Source: Nitrospirota bacterium | GTDB taxonomy: Bacteria; Nitrospirota; UBA9217 | DNA: 64,000 bases | Direction of reading: 5' to 3' | NCBI GenBank assembly: GCA_963751455.1 | Contig: CAVVUN010000003.1 | Span: forward strand, 128,001 to 192,000 | Part shown: in pieces, positions 39,495 through 49,649 of the stretch | Layout of the letters: every line of letters begins with the position of its first letter | Position numbering within the stretch: position 1 is the first letter of the stretch | Translations under genes and position numbers: made by a program | The notes under the pieces: model-generated | Databases searched by the model: none | Told to the model about the DNA's origin: nothing | What the model saw: the letters and a program-made list of their open reading frames with translations, nothing else

Positions 39495-42124
39495 ATGTCC
39501 TCGAAAGAATTGTCTAAAGCGTACGAACCAAAATCGGTAGAAGAGCGCTGGTATTCCTTCTGGCTCGACAAGAACTATTTCCATGCCGACGCACAGGACC
39601 CGGCAAGGCTTTTTCAATCGTTATTCCTCCGCCTAACGTGACCGGCTCGCTGCATATCGGCCATGCGCTGAATTCCACGCTTCAGGACATCCTGGTGCGG
39701 TGGATGCGGATGTCGGGCAGAAGCACGGTCTGGGTGCCCGGTACGGACCACGCCGGCATAGCAACCCAGAACGTTGTTGAGCGCCAGCTTGCCAAGGAGC
39801 ACGTCGACCGGCACGCACTGGGCAGAGAGAAATTCGTCGAACACGTGTGGGAATGGAAGAAGGAATACGGGGGACGTATCATCAACCAGCTCAAGCGCAT
39901 GGGAGCGTCTTGTGACTGGGAGCGCGAGCGCTTTACCATGGACGAAGGCTTGTCCCGGGCAGTGCGTGAAGTTTTTGTCACACTCTATGAAGAGGGCCTT
40001 ATCTACAGGGGTGAGCGTCTGATCAACTGGTGTCCCCGGTGCCATACTGCGCTTTCCGATATAGAAGTGGAGCACGAGGACGAGAAGGGCAAGCTCTATC
40101 ACCTCGCCTATCCGCTCAGTGATGACCATGCCGTACGCCTTACGGTCGCAACGACACGGCCCGAGACAATGCTGGGGGACACGGCAGTTGCCGTACATCC
40201 GCTCGACCCGCGCTACAAGCACCTGATCGGCAAAACCGTCGATCTTCCGCTGACCAGCAGAAAAATCCCGGTCATCGGCGACTCGGTCCTTGTTGATCTC
40301 GAATTCGGGACCGGTGCGGTTAAAGTCACTCCGGCCCACGACTTCAATGATTATGAAGCGGGCATGCGCCAGAAACCTGAGCTTGCCCGAATCAAAATGC
40401 TGGATGAAAAAGCGCAGATCCTGGCCGACATCCCCGATGTTCTTCCCGATGTTCTGAAACAGATAGCAGGAAAGCCGGCAAAGAAGGCACGCGGTATGGT
40501 CGTCGAGCTGCTCAGCGAACAGGGCTACCTCATCAAAACCGACGACCATGCTCATTCAATCGGCAAATGTTACCGCTGTAAATCCGTGGTCGAGCCGTAC
40601 CTGTCGCCTCAGTGGTTCGTCAAAACTCAGCCCCTTGCCGCGCCTGCCATTGAAGCTGTTATTTCGCGCCAGATCATGGTGGGGACACCGAATACCGGCC
40701 TGGTTTTGCGACGGCTGCGGAACGATCACCGTCAGCCGGACAGAGCCAAAGGCCTGTTCAAAATGCCGCAGCGTGAACATCAGGCAGGAGACGGACGTAC
40801 TTGATACCTGGTTCTCATCGGCGCTCTGGCCGTTTTCGACCCTCGGCTGGCCCGACCGGACCAAAGAGCTCGAGCGGTACTACCCGACGTCCGTGCTTGT
40901 CACCAGCTTCGATATCATTTTCTTCCGGGTCGCGCGCATGCTCATGATGGGGCTTCACTTTATGAAGGACGTGCCGTTCCGCGACGTGTACATTCATGCC
41001 CTGGTGCGCGATGCCGAAGGCCAGAAGATGAGCAAGTCCAAGGGCAACGTGATCGATCCGCTCGTCATGGCAGACCAGTACGGGACCGGCGCTTTCCGGT
41101 TCACGCTGACAGCCTTCGCCGCGCAGGGCAGGGACATAAAAATGTCCGCCGAGCGGATAGAAGGCTATCGCAATTTCGCAAACAAGATCTGGAACGCAAG
41201 CCGGTTCGTGCTCATGAACCTGGAAGACGATTTTTCACCGGGCTCAGAACTCATAACGCGCGACTCGACGCTTGCCGACCGCTGGATCCTCTCGCGTCTC
41301 AACAGGATCACGAAAGAGATTCAGGCGGCGCTCTCGGAATACCGGTTTAATGACGTTGCCTCGAGCCTCTATCAGTTTATCTGGCATGAATACTGTGACT
41401 GGTACATCGAGCTTTGCAAGCCGGCGCTCAGCGAGGAAAAAGGCTCGGCCAGGCGGAAAGCGGCACAGACGGTTCTTGCCCGGGTGCTGGAGAGTGCATT
41501 GCGGCTCCTGCATCCTGTCATGCCGTTTATAACCGAAGAAATATGGCAGGCACTGCCGGAAAAAGTGAGAAACGGACAAGTGACGAGGGACGAGAATCCA
41601 TAATGGTGTCTGCTTACCCTGCGGCGGATGAGAAGCTGATCGATGCGGGAATTGAGCGGGACATGCAGATGGTCATGGACCTTATCCTGGCGATCAGAAA
41701 TATACGGGGCGAGATGAACATATCCCCGGCAGTGAAGATACCCGTAATCGTGAAAACGGAAACAGGAGAGCTTGCGGAGCATCTCGAAAAAAGCTCCGGC
41801 TATGTAAACACGCTCGGGCGTTTAAGCGGTCTTCTTATAGGAACCGACGTGAAGAAACCTGAAGGAGCGGCCACAGCCGTGATCAGGGGAGCAGAGGTAT
41901 ATGTGCCGCTCGAGGGCGTAATCGACCTCAGCCAGGAGCGGGACAGGTTGCAGAAGGAGATCGCCAAAATTACGAAGGATATCGATATTTTTTCGAAAAA
42001 ACTTTCGAACAAGAACTTTGTCGACAAAGCCCCAAAGGAAGTTGTGGAAAAGGACACGGCAAAGCTTAAAGAATTCAGGATAAAACGCGGGAAGCTGGAA
42101 CAAAGCTTGAAGATGCTCGGTTAA
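39495..42124 (+). CDS. valS: Valine--tRNA ligase (frameshifted, apparent internal deletion)
   Basis: [44 protein letters not shown]-terminal coiled coil. Frame changes near 39610, 40675 and 41590. Confidence 0.93.
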
Positions 42125-42129
42125 TTTCT

Positions 42130-42954
42130 ATGGATAACGATGTAAAGCGTCTCATACAGCAGGCTATTCAGGAGGACCTCGGTCCGGGCGATGTTACTAC
42201 TGACGCGACAATCTCTGCCGATTCCCGGTCGACGGCAGTAATGCTGGCAAAACAGGACCTGGTTCTCGCCGGACTCGATGTCAGCAGGGAAGTATTTCAC
42301 CAGATGGACCCTGGTGTCCGGTTTGCCGGTTTTTTCAATGACGGAGACACAATAAAGGACGGAACGGAAATTGCCAAATTGTCCGGGAGCACGCATGCTT
42401 TGCTTAAAGGCGAACGAGTTGCGCTTAACTTTCTGCAGCACCTGTCCGGCATAGCCACCTTGACCGCCAAGTTTGTCGAGAAGCTTTCGGGCACAAAAGC
42501 GCAGGTGCTTGATACCAGGAAGACCATTCCGGGCCTGCGGCAGCTCGAAAAATACGCTGTACGCGCGGGCGGCGGCAGGAACCATCGCATGGGCCTCTAT
42601 GACCTGATCCTGATAAAAGACAATCATATAAAAGCGGCAGGCAGCATCACGAACGCGGTCGGTGCCGCTAGAAAAGGGGCGGCTCAGCTGAAGATCGAGG
42701 TCGAGGCCGGAAATCTCAACGAGGTGCGCGAGGCGCTCGCCGTAAAGGCGGATATAATCATGCTCGACAATATGTCGCTGGAGCTGATGCGCCAGGCCGT
42801 GAAGTTGATTGCCGGTAAAACGCAGGTCGAGGCATCAGGCAACGTGACGCTGGACACGATTCGCGCGATTGCCGAGACCGGCGTTGACTTCATTTCATCC
42901 GGAACCCTGACCCATTCTGCGCCGGCGGCGGACATCAGCATGAAGATAAAGTAA
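42130..42954 (+). CDS. nadC: Nicotinate-nucleotide pyrophosphorylase
   Basis: EDLGPGDVTT, DTRKTIPGLR, HRMGL, IKDNH, MLDNM, EASG. Confidence 0.96.
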   Translation: MDNDVKRLIQQAIQEDLGPGDVTTDATISADSRSTAVMLAKQDLVLAGLDVSREVFHQMDPGVRFAGFFNDGDTIKDGTEIAKLSGSTHALLKGERVALNFLQHLSGIATLTAKFVEKLSGTKAQVLDTRKTIPGLRQLEKYAVRAGGGRNHRMGLYDLILIKDNHIKAAGSITNAVGAARKGAAQLKIEVEAGNLNEVREALAVKADIIMLDNMSLELMRQAVKLIAGKTQVEASGNVTLDTIRAIAETGVDFISSGTLTHSAPAADISMKIK

Positions 42955-43047
42955 CAGGTGTCAGGGTCCAGCAGTCAGGGTTCAGGAAAAGCCAAAGCAC
43001 CAATTTTCCCCGGACCCTGTACGCCGCACCCTTGCCCCGGTATTATT

Positions 43048-44022
43048 ATGTACAAAGACAGAATACTAAAACTTCTCCGCTCGTCGAACACGGGCTTTCT
43101 TTCCGGTGAGGACCTGGCCGCGAAACTCGGCATTTCACGCACCATGGTATGGAAGCATGTAAAAACACTCGAGCGGGAGGGGTTCGGAATCGAGGCGGTG
43201 CCCTCCCGCGGTTACCGGATCGTATCAACGCCGGATATTCTCAGGGTGGACGACATCAGACAGGGTCTGAAGACAAAAATTATCGGCAGAGACATCCACG
43301 TGTATCCTGAAGTCGTCTCCACGAACACCCTTGCGATGGAAATGGCGGCCACAGGCGCCCGCGAAGGCACGGTTGTTGCGGCGGATTCGCAGTCAGGCGG
43401 CAAGGGCAGGCTCGGGCGAAGATGGATATCCCCGAAGGGAAACCTTTACGTCAGCGTGGTTCTGCGGCCGGATATCCCGTCCTATAAGGCGCCGCTTATA
43501 ACGATTATGGGCGCGGTGGCAACGGCATCGGCAATCAGGACCGCATGCGCATTAACACCGGGCATCAAGTGGCCCAATGATATTCTCATAGACGGAAGAA
43601 AGGTCGGCGGCCTGCTTACCGAGATGAGCGCGGAACCGGACCGCATTAAACATATTGTTCTGGGCATCGGCGTAAACGTGAACAGCGACCCGGCTCAACT
43701 TCCTGCGGATATCCGGCCATTCACGTCTACAATTGCGGCTGAGGCGGGAAGGCCGATAAACAGAACATTTCTTCTCCGGCAGATCCTGCAAGACCTGGAG
43801 CATTGGTACCGTATCTTCCTACATGATGCCGCGGATGTGCTCACAGAATGGCGGGCGCTCAACACCACGATCGGCAAACGTGTTGCAATAGCGGGAGCCG
43901 GCGCTCCCCTTGAAGGTCTAGCAGAGAATATCGACAATGATGCCAGACTTATCGTAAGGCTGGACGACGGCAATGCATACACCGTTGCCGCAGGGGACGT
44001 AACTATACTGAAAAAACCGTAA
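43048..44022 (+). CDS. birA: Bifunctional biotin ligase/repressor
   Basis: N-terminal HTH (SGEDLA.KLGISRTMVWK), QSGGKGRLGRRW, IKWPND. Confidence 0.95.
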   Translation: MYKDRILKLLRSSNTGFLSGEDLAAKLGISRTMVWKHVKTLEREGFGIEAVPSRGYRIVSTPDILRVDDIRQGLKTKIIGRDIHVYPEVVSTNTLAMEMAATGAREGTVVAADSQSGGKGRLGRRWISPKGNLYVSVVLRPDIPSYKAPLITIMGAVATASAIRTACALTPGIKWPNDILIDGRKVGGLLTEMSAEPDRIKHIVLGIGVNVNSDPAQLPADIRPFTSTIAAEAGRPINRTFLLRQILQDLEHWYRIFLHDAADVLTEWRALNTTIGKRVAIAGAGAPLEGLAENIDNDARLIVRLDDGNAYTVAAGDVTILKKP

Positions 44023-44125
44023 GGATCATTGCCGTTGAGAACAGCCGGGAATACGGAATACTTTTTGTGTTAATACAGCTTTTCTCCGGGTTCTGCGTTA
44101 TCCTTTGACTATTAAGGAGTCAGAA

Positions 44126-44890
44126 ATGCTTTTGGCAATCGATATTGGAAATACAAACGTGGTCGTCGGCGTATTCGACGAAGAGAAGCTCGTGGAGAAC
44201 TGGCGGGTCGGAACGAACACCCGGATCACGCCTGACGAGTATGGAATGATCTTCAAGGACCTCTTCGGCTTTGCCCGCCTGGAATTCGGGCAGATCAAGG
44301 GAATCATAATCTCGACCGTTGTGCCCCCTCTCCTCCGGTTGATGGTGGAGATGTCCAGAAAGTATTTTCGCATGGAACCGATGGTGGTGACCGACCAGAT
44401 AAAGACGGGCATAACCATACGCTACGAAAATCCGAAGGAAGTGGGAGCTGACAGGATCGTGAACGCAGCAGCCGGCTACAACCTTTACGGCGGTCCCATC
44501 ATCATTGTCGATTTCGGAACGGCAACTACCTTCTGCGCAGTAACCGGCCGTGGAGAATATCTCGGAGGGGCGATCGCGCCCGGCATAATAATTTCCGCGG
44601 AAGCGCTTTTTCAAAGGGCATCCAAACTTCCGAGGGTCGAGCTGGCAAAACCGGTCAAAGTGATCGGCGCCGATACGGTCAGCGCCATGCAGGCAGGCAT
44701 CATCTATGGTTATTCCGGGCTCGTGGACGGCATTGTTGAGCGGATGAAGCAAGAGCTTTCGATGGAGGCAAAAGTAATCGCCACCGGAGGTCTGGCTGAA
44801 CTGGTATCACCGGAGACCAGAACCATACGGGAAGTAAGACCGCATTTAACGCTTGAAGGATTGCGGCTTTTACACAAGCTAAACCACTGA
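44126..44890 (+). CDS. coaX: Type III pantothenate kinase
   Basis: LAIDIGNTN, GADRIVN, VDFGTATT, ATGG. AAGGAG RBS. Confidence 0.95.
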   Translation: MLLAIDIGNTNVVVGVFDEEKLVENWRVGTNTRITPDEYGMIFKDLFGFARLEFGQIKGIIISTVVPPLLRLMVEMSRKYFRMEPMVVTDQIKTGITIRYENPKEVGADRIVNAAAGYNLYGGPIIIVDFGTATTFCAVTGRGEYLGGAIAPGIIISAEALFQRASKLPRVELAKPVKVIGADTVSAMQAGIIYGYSGLVDGIVERMKQELSMEAKVIATGGLAELVSPETRTIREVRPHLTLEGLRLLHKLNH

Positions 44891-45030
44891 AAATGGGGGT
44901 GGAAAACAACCAGTTTCTCATTTTATCATGTAGTAGAGCAAAAAAGTTACGAAAAGTAACCGGTCATTACCTTGACGATTACACTATTTTATGTTATTTT
45001 TGCTCTACCAGTGTTTTATGGGAGAAACGG

Positions 45031-45408
45031 ATGAAGATTCTGGTTGTTGATGACGAAGAAGGCGCACGCGAACTCTTTCACACGATTTTGACGGATGAAG
45101 GCTATGAAGTGGCTCTTGCGAGCGGCGGCTCGGATGCACTGGCCCTTTTCAAGGTGAGTTCGTTTAACCTTATCATAACGGATATAAAGATGCCCGAGAT
45201 GGATGGCCTCCAGCTGCTTCAAGAGATCAGAAAGACCGGATCTAAGACCGATGTTATCATGGTGACCGCGTACGGTGAAGTAGAAAGCTATCTTAAGGCG
45301 ATGAGTCTCGGCGCTGCCGAATACATCAACAAACCCATTCGCATAAAAGAACTGAAGCGGATCGTACATAAAGTACTGACGGAACAAAAGGCGAGGCTCG
45401 GCGGCTGA
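45031..45408 (+). CDS. Single-domain response regulator
   Basis: LVVDDE, TDIKMP, TAYG, KP. TGATG coupling to galT. Confidence 0.88.
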   Translation: MKILVVDDEEGARELFHTILTDEGYEVALASGGSDALALFKVSSFNLIITDIKMPEMDGLQLLQEIRKTGSKTDVIMVTAYGEVESYLKAMSLGAAEYINKPIRIKELKRIVHKVLTEQKARLGG

Positions 45409-46433
45409 TGTCACGTCTGCGCAAGGACCCTATCGTAGGTCGCTGGATCATCGTATCAACAGAGCGGTCCAAGAAGCCCGAAGACTACGTCTTCGAAGAG
45501 CCGATAGAAGACATTACCCCGTCTGAATGCCCTTTTTGCGGCGGCAATGAAGCAAAGACACCTCCCGAAATAGCGTCATTCCGCGCCGAAAAGACCCTCC
45601 CCAACAAGCAGGGCTGGTGGGTCCGTGTAATTCCCAGCAAATTCCCGGTCCTCCACATCGAAGGCAGCCTTGAGCGCGAGGGAACCGGCATATACGACTG
45701 GATGAACGGCATTGGGGCCCATGAGATCATCATAGAGGGACCCGAGCATTCATTCAGACTCGAAGACCTTCCTGAAAGCCAGGTCGAAAAAGTATTGTGG
45801 GCCTACCGCGACCGCATTCTTGATCTTGAACGCGACAGCCGTCTTCGGTACGTGCTGATTTTTAAAAACCAGGGCTGGACAGCGGGCTCCGTTCTGAACC
45901 ATCCTCATTCCCAGATCATCGCCACACCGGTCATTCCGAAATCCGTAAAGGAAAAGCTGGATGGCGCCAAGTCCTACTACGATTACAAGGAGCGCTGCAT
46001 TTTTTGCGATATCATCCGGCAGGAGCTCTCGGTGCCCGAACGGGTAGTCGAAGAAACCCGGCACTTTCTCGTGATAGAACCCTTTGCCCCGCGTTTTCCC
46101 TTTGAGACCTGGATCTATCCCAAAAAGCACCTCTGCTCGTATGTAGATATATCGAAGGAAGAGATCATGGATTTTTCCCGGACGCTTCGCACCACGCTCC
46201 GGCGACTCGGCAAAGTACTCAATAACCCGCCGTATAACTACATGCTCTATACTGCGCCGAACCGTGTTCCCAGGCGCGGCCATTGGCATACCCTGAACGA
46301 CGATTTTCACTGGCATCTGGAGATCATGCCGCGGCTTCTCCGGGTAGCCGGTTTCGAACGCGGTTCCGGATTTTACATCAACCCCACGCCGCCTGAAGAA
46401 GCGGCCAAGTATTTGAGGGAGGTAAAGCTGTAA
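45408..46433 (+). CDS. galT: Galactose-1-phosphate uridylyltransferase family protein
   Basis: LRKDP, CPFC, HPHSQ, CIFCDI, HWHLEI. Confidence 0.88.
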   Translation: MSRLRKDPIVGRWIIVSTERSKKPEDYVFEEPIEDITPSECPFCGGNEAKTPPEIASFRAEKTLPNKQGWWVRVIPSKFPVLHIEGSLEREGTGIYDWMNGIGAHEIIIEGPEHSFRLEDLPESQVEKVLWAYRDRILDLERDSRLRYVLIFKNQGWTAGSVLNHPHSQIIATPVIPKSVKEKLDGAKSYYDYKERCIFCDIIRQELSVPERVVEETRHFLVIEPFAPRFPFETWIYPKKHLCSYVDISKEEIMDFSRTLRTTLRRLGKVLNNPPYNYMLYTAPNRVPRRGHWHTLNDDFHWHLEIMPRLLRVAGFERGSGFYINPTPPEEAAKYLREVKL

Positions 46434-46784
46434 ACAGCCTCGCTCTTATTCTGGGTCTCTCAATCGAGGGTGCATCGAAAAAACACTACTTCCTGAAAGG
46501 TTCGAGTTTCAAATCCTAGCAACCCTCAACAGTTCTCATAGTAATCGTCAGATAATTACTCTTTTATCAAGTTGTATTTATCGCTCAGAGACTAATATTC
46601 AAAAACTGCATGGTCACCTTTATAAGGTCGTTGATATACAATTCGCGCTCGATCTTAGTTGATGGCCTTCGTTCCGCTAATATCTTTTTAACCATTTAAA
46701 TGGAATTTGCAGAATTTAATGAAAGGAGGGGCTGCAACCAGGCAGGTGAAATAATTTCCGGTCTTCATCCGTTTCTTTTAGACC

Positions 46785-46989
46785 TCAATAGAACTTTCTG
46801 AACTTCTCTCGCTCATCGGTAATCCTGCATTTCGGGATCGACTGCAGAAACGTACTGCCGTAGTTTTTGGTCATGATCCGGGAATCGAGGACCGCGAGTG
46901 CAGCCCCTGTCCGGCCGGCTCCTGATGAGCCGGCCGAGGCCCTGACGGAAGAGGGGCACGGCCTAGGGCATCTGGTACTCGAAGAACGG
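46785..46989 (-). pseudogene. DinG/YoaA-family helicase C-terminal remnant
   Basis: Minus strand: PFFEYQMP*AVPLFRQGLGRLIRSRPDRG / ALAVLDSRIMTKNYGSTFLQSIPKC...*. One internal stop, one frameshift, no 5' part. Confidence 0.8.
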
Positions 46990-47314
46990 ACAACATTATC
47001 CGGACCGGAAGAAAGACGTTAGATTGTTCCGGCCGTCAAAGAAATCAATTGAATTGCAATGCCGCTTGCCCCTGGTCCGAATCCAGAATTGCAGCAACAG
47101 CAAACTTACCTGCAGTGCCCAAATAAACCGGAATGGCACTAACATCGGTAAAGCTCAATGTGCCCATGCCGGTCGAAACGATCTGTTGACCTGCAATGTG
47201 ATAAACAGTTCGGGTATTCGTCATTAAAAAGCGACATTGACCTTTTCTTGGGTACCGCAGCTCGCTATAAATGCGTAATTTCATTTTGTCGGTTCTTCCA
47301 GCTTTTTTTCTGAC

Positions 47315-48787
47315 TCAAAAAGAGGACGGTGGCGTGGACAGGACCTTATATTTGATCATCAGGTCCGTATATTCCGTAAACAGCGGCGAAGAATAGCTGC
47401 TGTAGTAGCTCTGTATGACGGCGTCGATGCTGCTCCATGTCCGGCGTCCTCCAACGAGTTCGGTAAAGAGGAAGATTATCTCTGCGTCACGAATATTGTT
47501 TTCCTGGAGGCCGGTCAATGCCTCGACGGTCTTGGTAACGGTCTTTGTCACCTGCGTGTCCGTGGCCGGATCAATGTAGGTAATCGTCAGCGTGAAGTCC
47601 CGTGTCTGCGTGGTATCGGACGGACCCGTGAAGACTTCGTAGAAGTACTGGGTGGTATTGTAGGAAAAGTTCGTCGGTTGGACGTCCTTGGACACGGTTG
47701 AAGTTTCCTCAGCCGCGCTGGTTACATGCGTAAAGGTCTCGGGGAAGTCGAGCCGGAATTGTACATGGCGTGCAGCCACGGAAACCAGCGCGATGAACCT
47801 GTCCTGAAACGCCCTTTTGGCATCACTGTTGGTAATGACCGAGAAGTATGAACCCTTGCCGGCCTCGGTAAGATCGTTCATGAATGGCTCGTTAAAATCT
47901 GATCCCACCCCGATGCCTGAAAAATATATCCCTTCAAGCTCGTTTATCCTGGTGTTTTGCGAGATGACCGTGCTGTCCACCTCGCCGATGTTCGCATAGG
48001 CGTCCGTGATCATCACGACCCTGTTCATCTTTGTCGGGTCGAAGGTACTAAGCGCCGCCTCGTACCCTTTTTGAAGGCCGTCGGCCAGGTTGGTTCCTCC
48101 TATGACATCGAGCGCATTGACCGCCGGAAGGAAGGAAGTCGATATCTGCGAAAAAAGAACGTTCGAGAGAATTATCTGCGCGTCGTTCGAGAAGGTTACC
48201 AGGTTGATAACATCTCCCTCTTTGAGCATCGCGGCCATTTGGGTCAGGCCGTATTTCACAATGTCGAGTTTCCGCGCCCCGAGCTCGGTCTCGTTCGTCG
48301 ACATCCAGTCCATCGACCCGGAAACGTCCACGACGAGGGTAAGCACCACGTTCTGCCTTTGCGCTACGGTGATTTCAGGCGAGGCGATGTACACGCCCAG
48401 GTAATAATCCGAATCGCCGGGCTCCTGTGCCGGACGCTTCATCACGCCTATGGAGACGCTGAAGGTTCCGAGGCTCTCGGGACCGGACGGGTCGAATGAC
48501 TCGTAATTAAGGAACTCCCAGGCGCGTGCCAGAGACGATGAGGGCAGTTGATTATTGTTCAGCTTGTACTTCACCAGCTCGACAGGCGCCGTACTGGCGG
48601 AATCATCATAGGAGAAGTAAAAGAATTTACTTGCGGAATCAACTCCTTCCTCGTGGTTGTTGTCAACCCCGCTCGGCAAGCCCGATCCTCCGGTGTTATA
48701 CCCGGCGCTGTTCTCGTTGCCTTTGCAAGCGGCAAGAACGCACAGCATCAACAGGATGACCAGCAGTGATTGTTTTCGTACGATCAC
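47315..48787 (-). CDS. von Willebrand factor A-domain lipoprotein (YfbK-like)
   Basis: Lipobox LAAC, MIDAS VDVSGSM, GGTN, ITDA.AN.G. Confidence 0.85.
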   Translation of the reverse strand: MIVRKQSLLVILLMLCVLAACKGNENSAGYNTGGSGLPSGVDNNHEEGVDSASKFFYFSYDDSASTAPVELVKYKLNNNQLPSSSLARAWEFLNYESFDPSGPESLGTFSVSIGVMKRPAQEPGDSDYYLGVYIASPEITVAQRQNVVLTLVVDVSGSMDWMSTNETELGARKLDIVKYGLTQMAAMLKEGDVINLVTFSNDAQIILSNVLFSQISTSFLPAVNALDVIGGTNLADGLQKGYEAALSTFDPTKMNRVVMITDAYANIGEVDSTVISQNTRINELEGIYFSGIGVGSDFNEPFMNDLTEAGKGSYFSVITNSDAKRAFQDRFIALVSVAARHVQFRLDFPETFTHVTSAAEETSTVSKDVQPTNFSYNTTQYFYEVFTGPSDTTQTRDFTLTITYIDPATDTQVTKTVTKTVEALTGLQENNIRDAEIIFLFTELVGGRRTWSSIDAVIQSYYSSYSSPLFTEYTDLMIKYKVLSTPPSSF

Positions 48788-48810
48788 TTTAAACCTCCTT
48801 CTCAGGAAAA

Positions 48811-49569
48811 TTAGAACGCATACATAACGCCGGCGCTGAAGCCTGTAAATATATTTCTGTCATCGTCTCCCGTCGACAGTGTTCCCAAAAATTGTTGAAC
48901 TTTAAGTCCGAGATTTGCGGTGAATTTTTCTGAAAAGGCCTGTTTCGCACCAATTTCGAAAACAAAACCATCTGCATCGAATGAGCCGGAATTCCCTCCA
49001 TTCGTAAAAGCGAATTCCTGACGCATTGCAAGAAAAGCCAGACTGCCGTAGATCCCCGTCCCTTGGCGAAACGATTTTGTTGCCGATATGCCGACGCCTC
49101 CGCCGCTCATTTTCCAGGTTCCCATATCGATATTTAGTAATCCAGCTGATGGATTCGTATAGGAAGTGGGTGCATCGATTCTTTTATACTCAAGAAAAGG
49201 CGCCCACGTTACGCTGTGAAGTCGAAAGAAGAAGAATTCCCGGCCAGCTCGGATATCAAATTCGCTCTGGCCGAACTCCATTGTATCACCAGGCGTGAGC
49301 CAGTCGGACGATTCATATTTATTCAGGGGAAAAAGATAATAGGTGTCGACAAACCACCGGTTTTGGGTTCGGACTGCCAGTTCAGGACCGGCAAGAGTTG
49401 CGCTGCCGTTGTGAAAATCATCCGAGCCGCCTCCTGGATGCGAGACTGTTTCATACCACGTGTTGCCCCATATTTTAAGGCCGAGCGAAGGACTGGTTTC
49501 TCCAGAAGCAGTTGCAGAGATGCAAAGAATAAAAAAAACTGAGAATAACTGTAGTGTCGTCTTCATCAT
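48811..49569 (-). CDS. Putative outer-membrane beta-barrel protein
   Basis: Signal peptide, alternating amphipathic strands, C-terminal GVMYAF Bam signal. Confidence 0.7.
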   Translation of the reverse strand: MMKTTLQLFSVFFILCISATASGETSPSLGLKIWGNTWYETVSHPGGGSDDFHNGSATLAGPELAVRTQNRWFVDTYYLFPLNKYESSDWLTPGDTMEFGQSEFDIRAGREFFFFRLHSVTWAPFLEYKRIDAPTSYTNPSAGLLNIDMGTWKMSGGGVGISATKSFRQGTGIYGSLAFLAMRQEFAFTNGGNSGSFDADGFVFEIGAKQAFSEKFTANLGLKVQQFLGTLSTGDDDRNIFTGFSAGVMYAF

Positions 49570-49649
49570 TCCTCCCTTGCTCTTAGATCTCGATCACATC
49601 ATATCGATCCGGAGCGTAAGTAAAGCTTAAGGCACGGCGGGCGTACTTT

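Noticed and set aside
34123-42124. Programmed frameshifting or true pseudogenes in cheA/valS
   Set aside because: There are too many scattered indels, often at homopolymers, and they include an essential gene. Sequencing error is more parsimonious.
46910-46970. Hammerhead ribozyme (CTGATGAG core in a GC hairpin)
   Set aside because: There is no downstream GAAA or stem III, and the sequence is explained as the antisense of the dinG GRLIRSR codons.
47045-47284. 79-aa ORF downstream of the vWA gene
   Set aside because: No convincing RBS or motif. It may be a gene fragment but cannot be supported.
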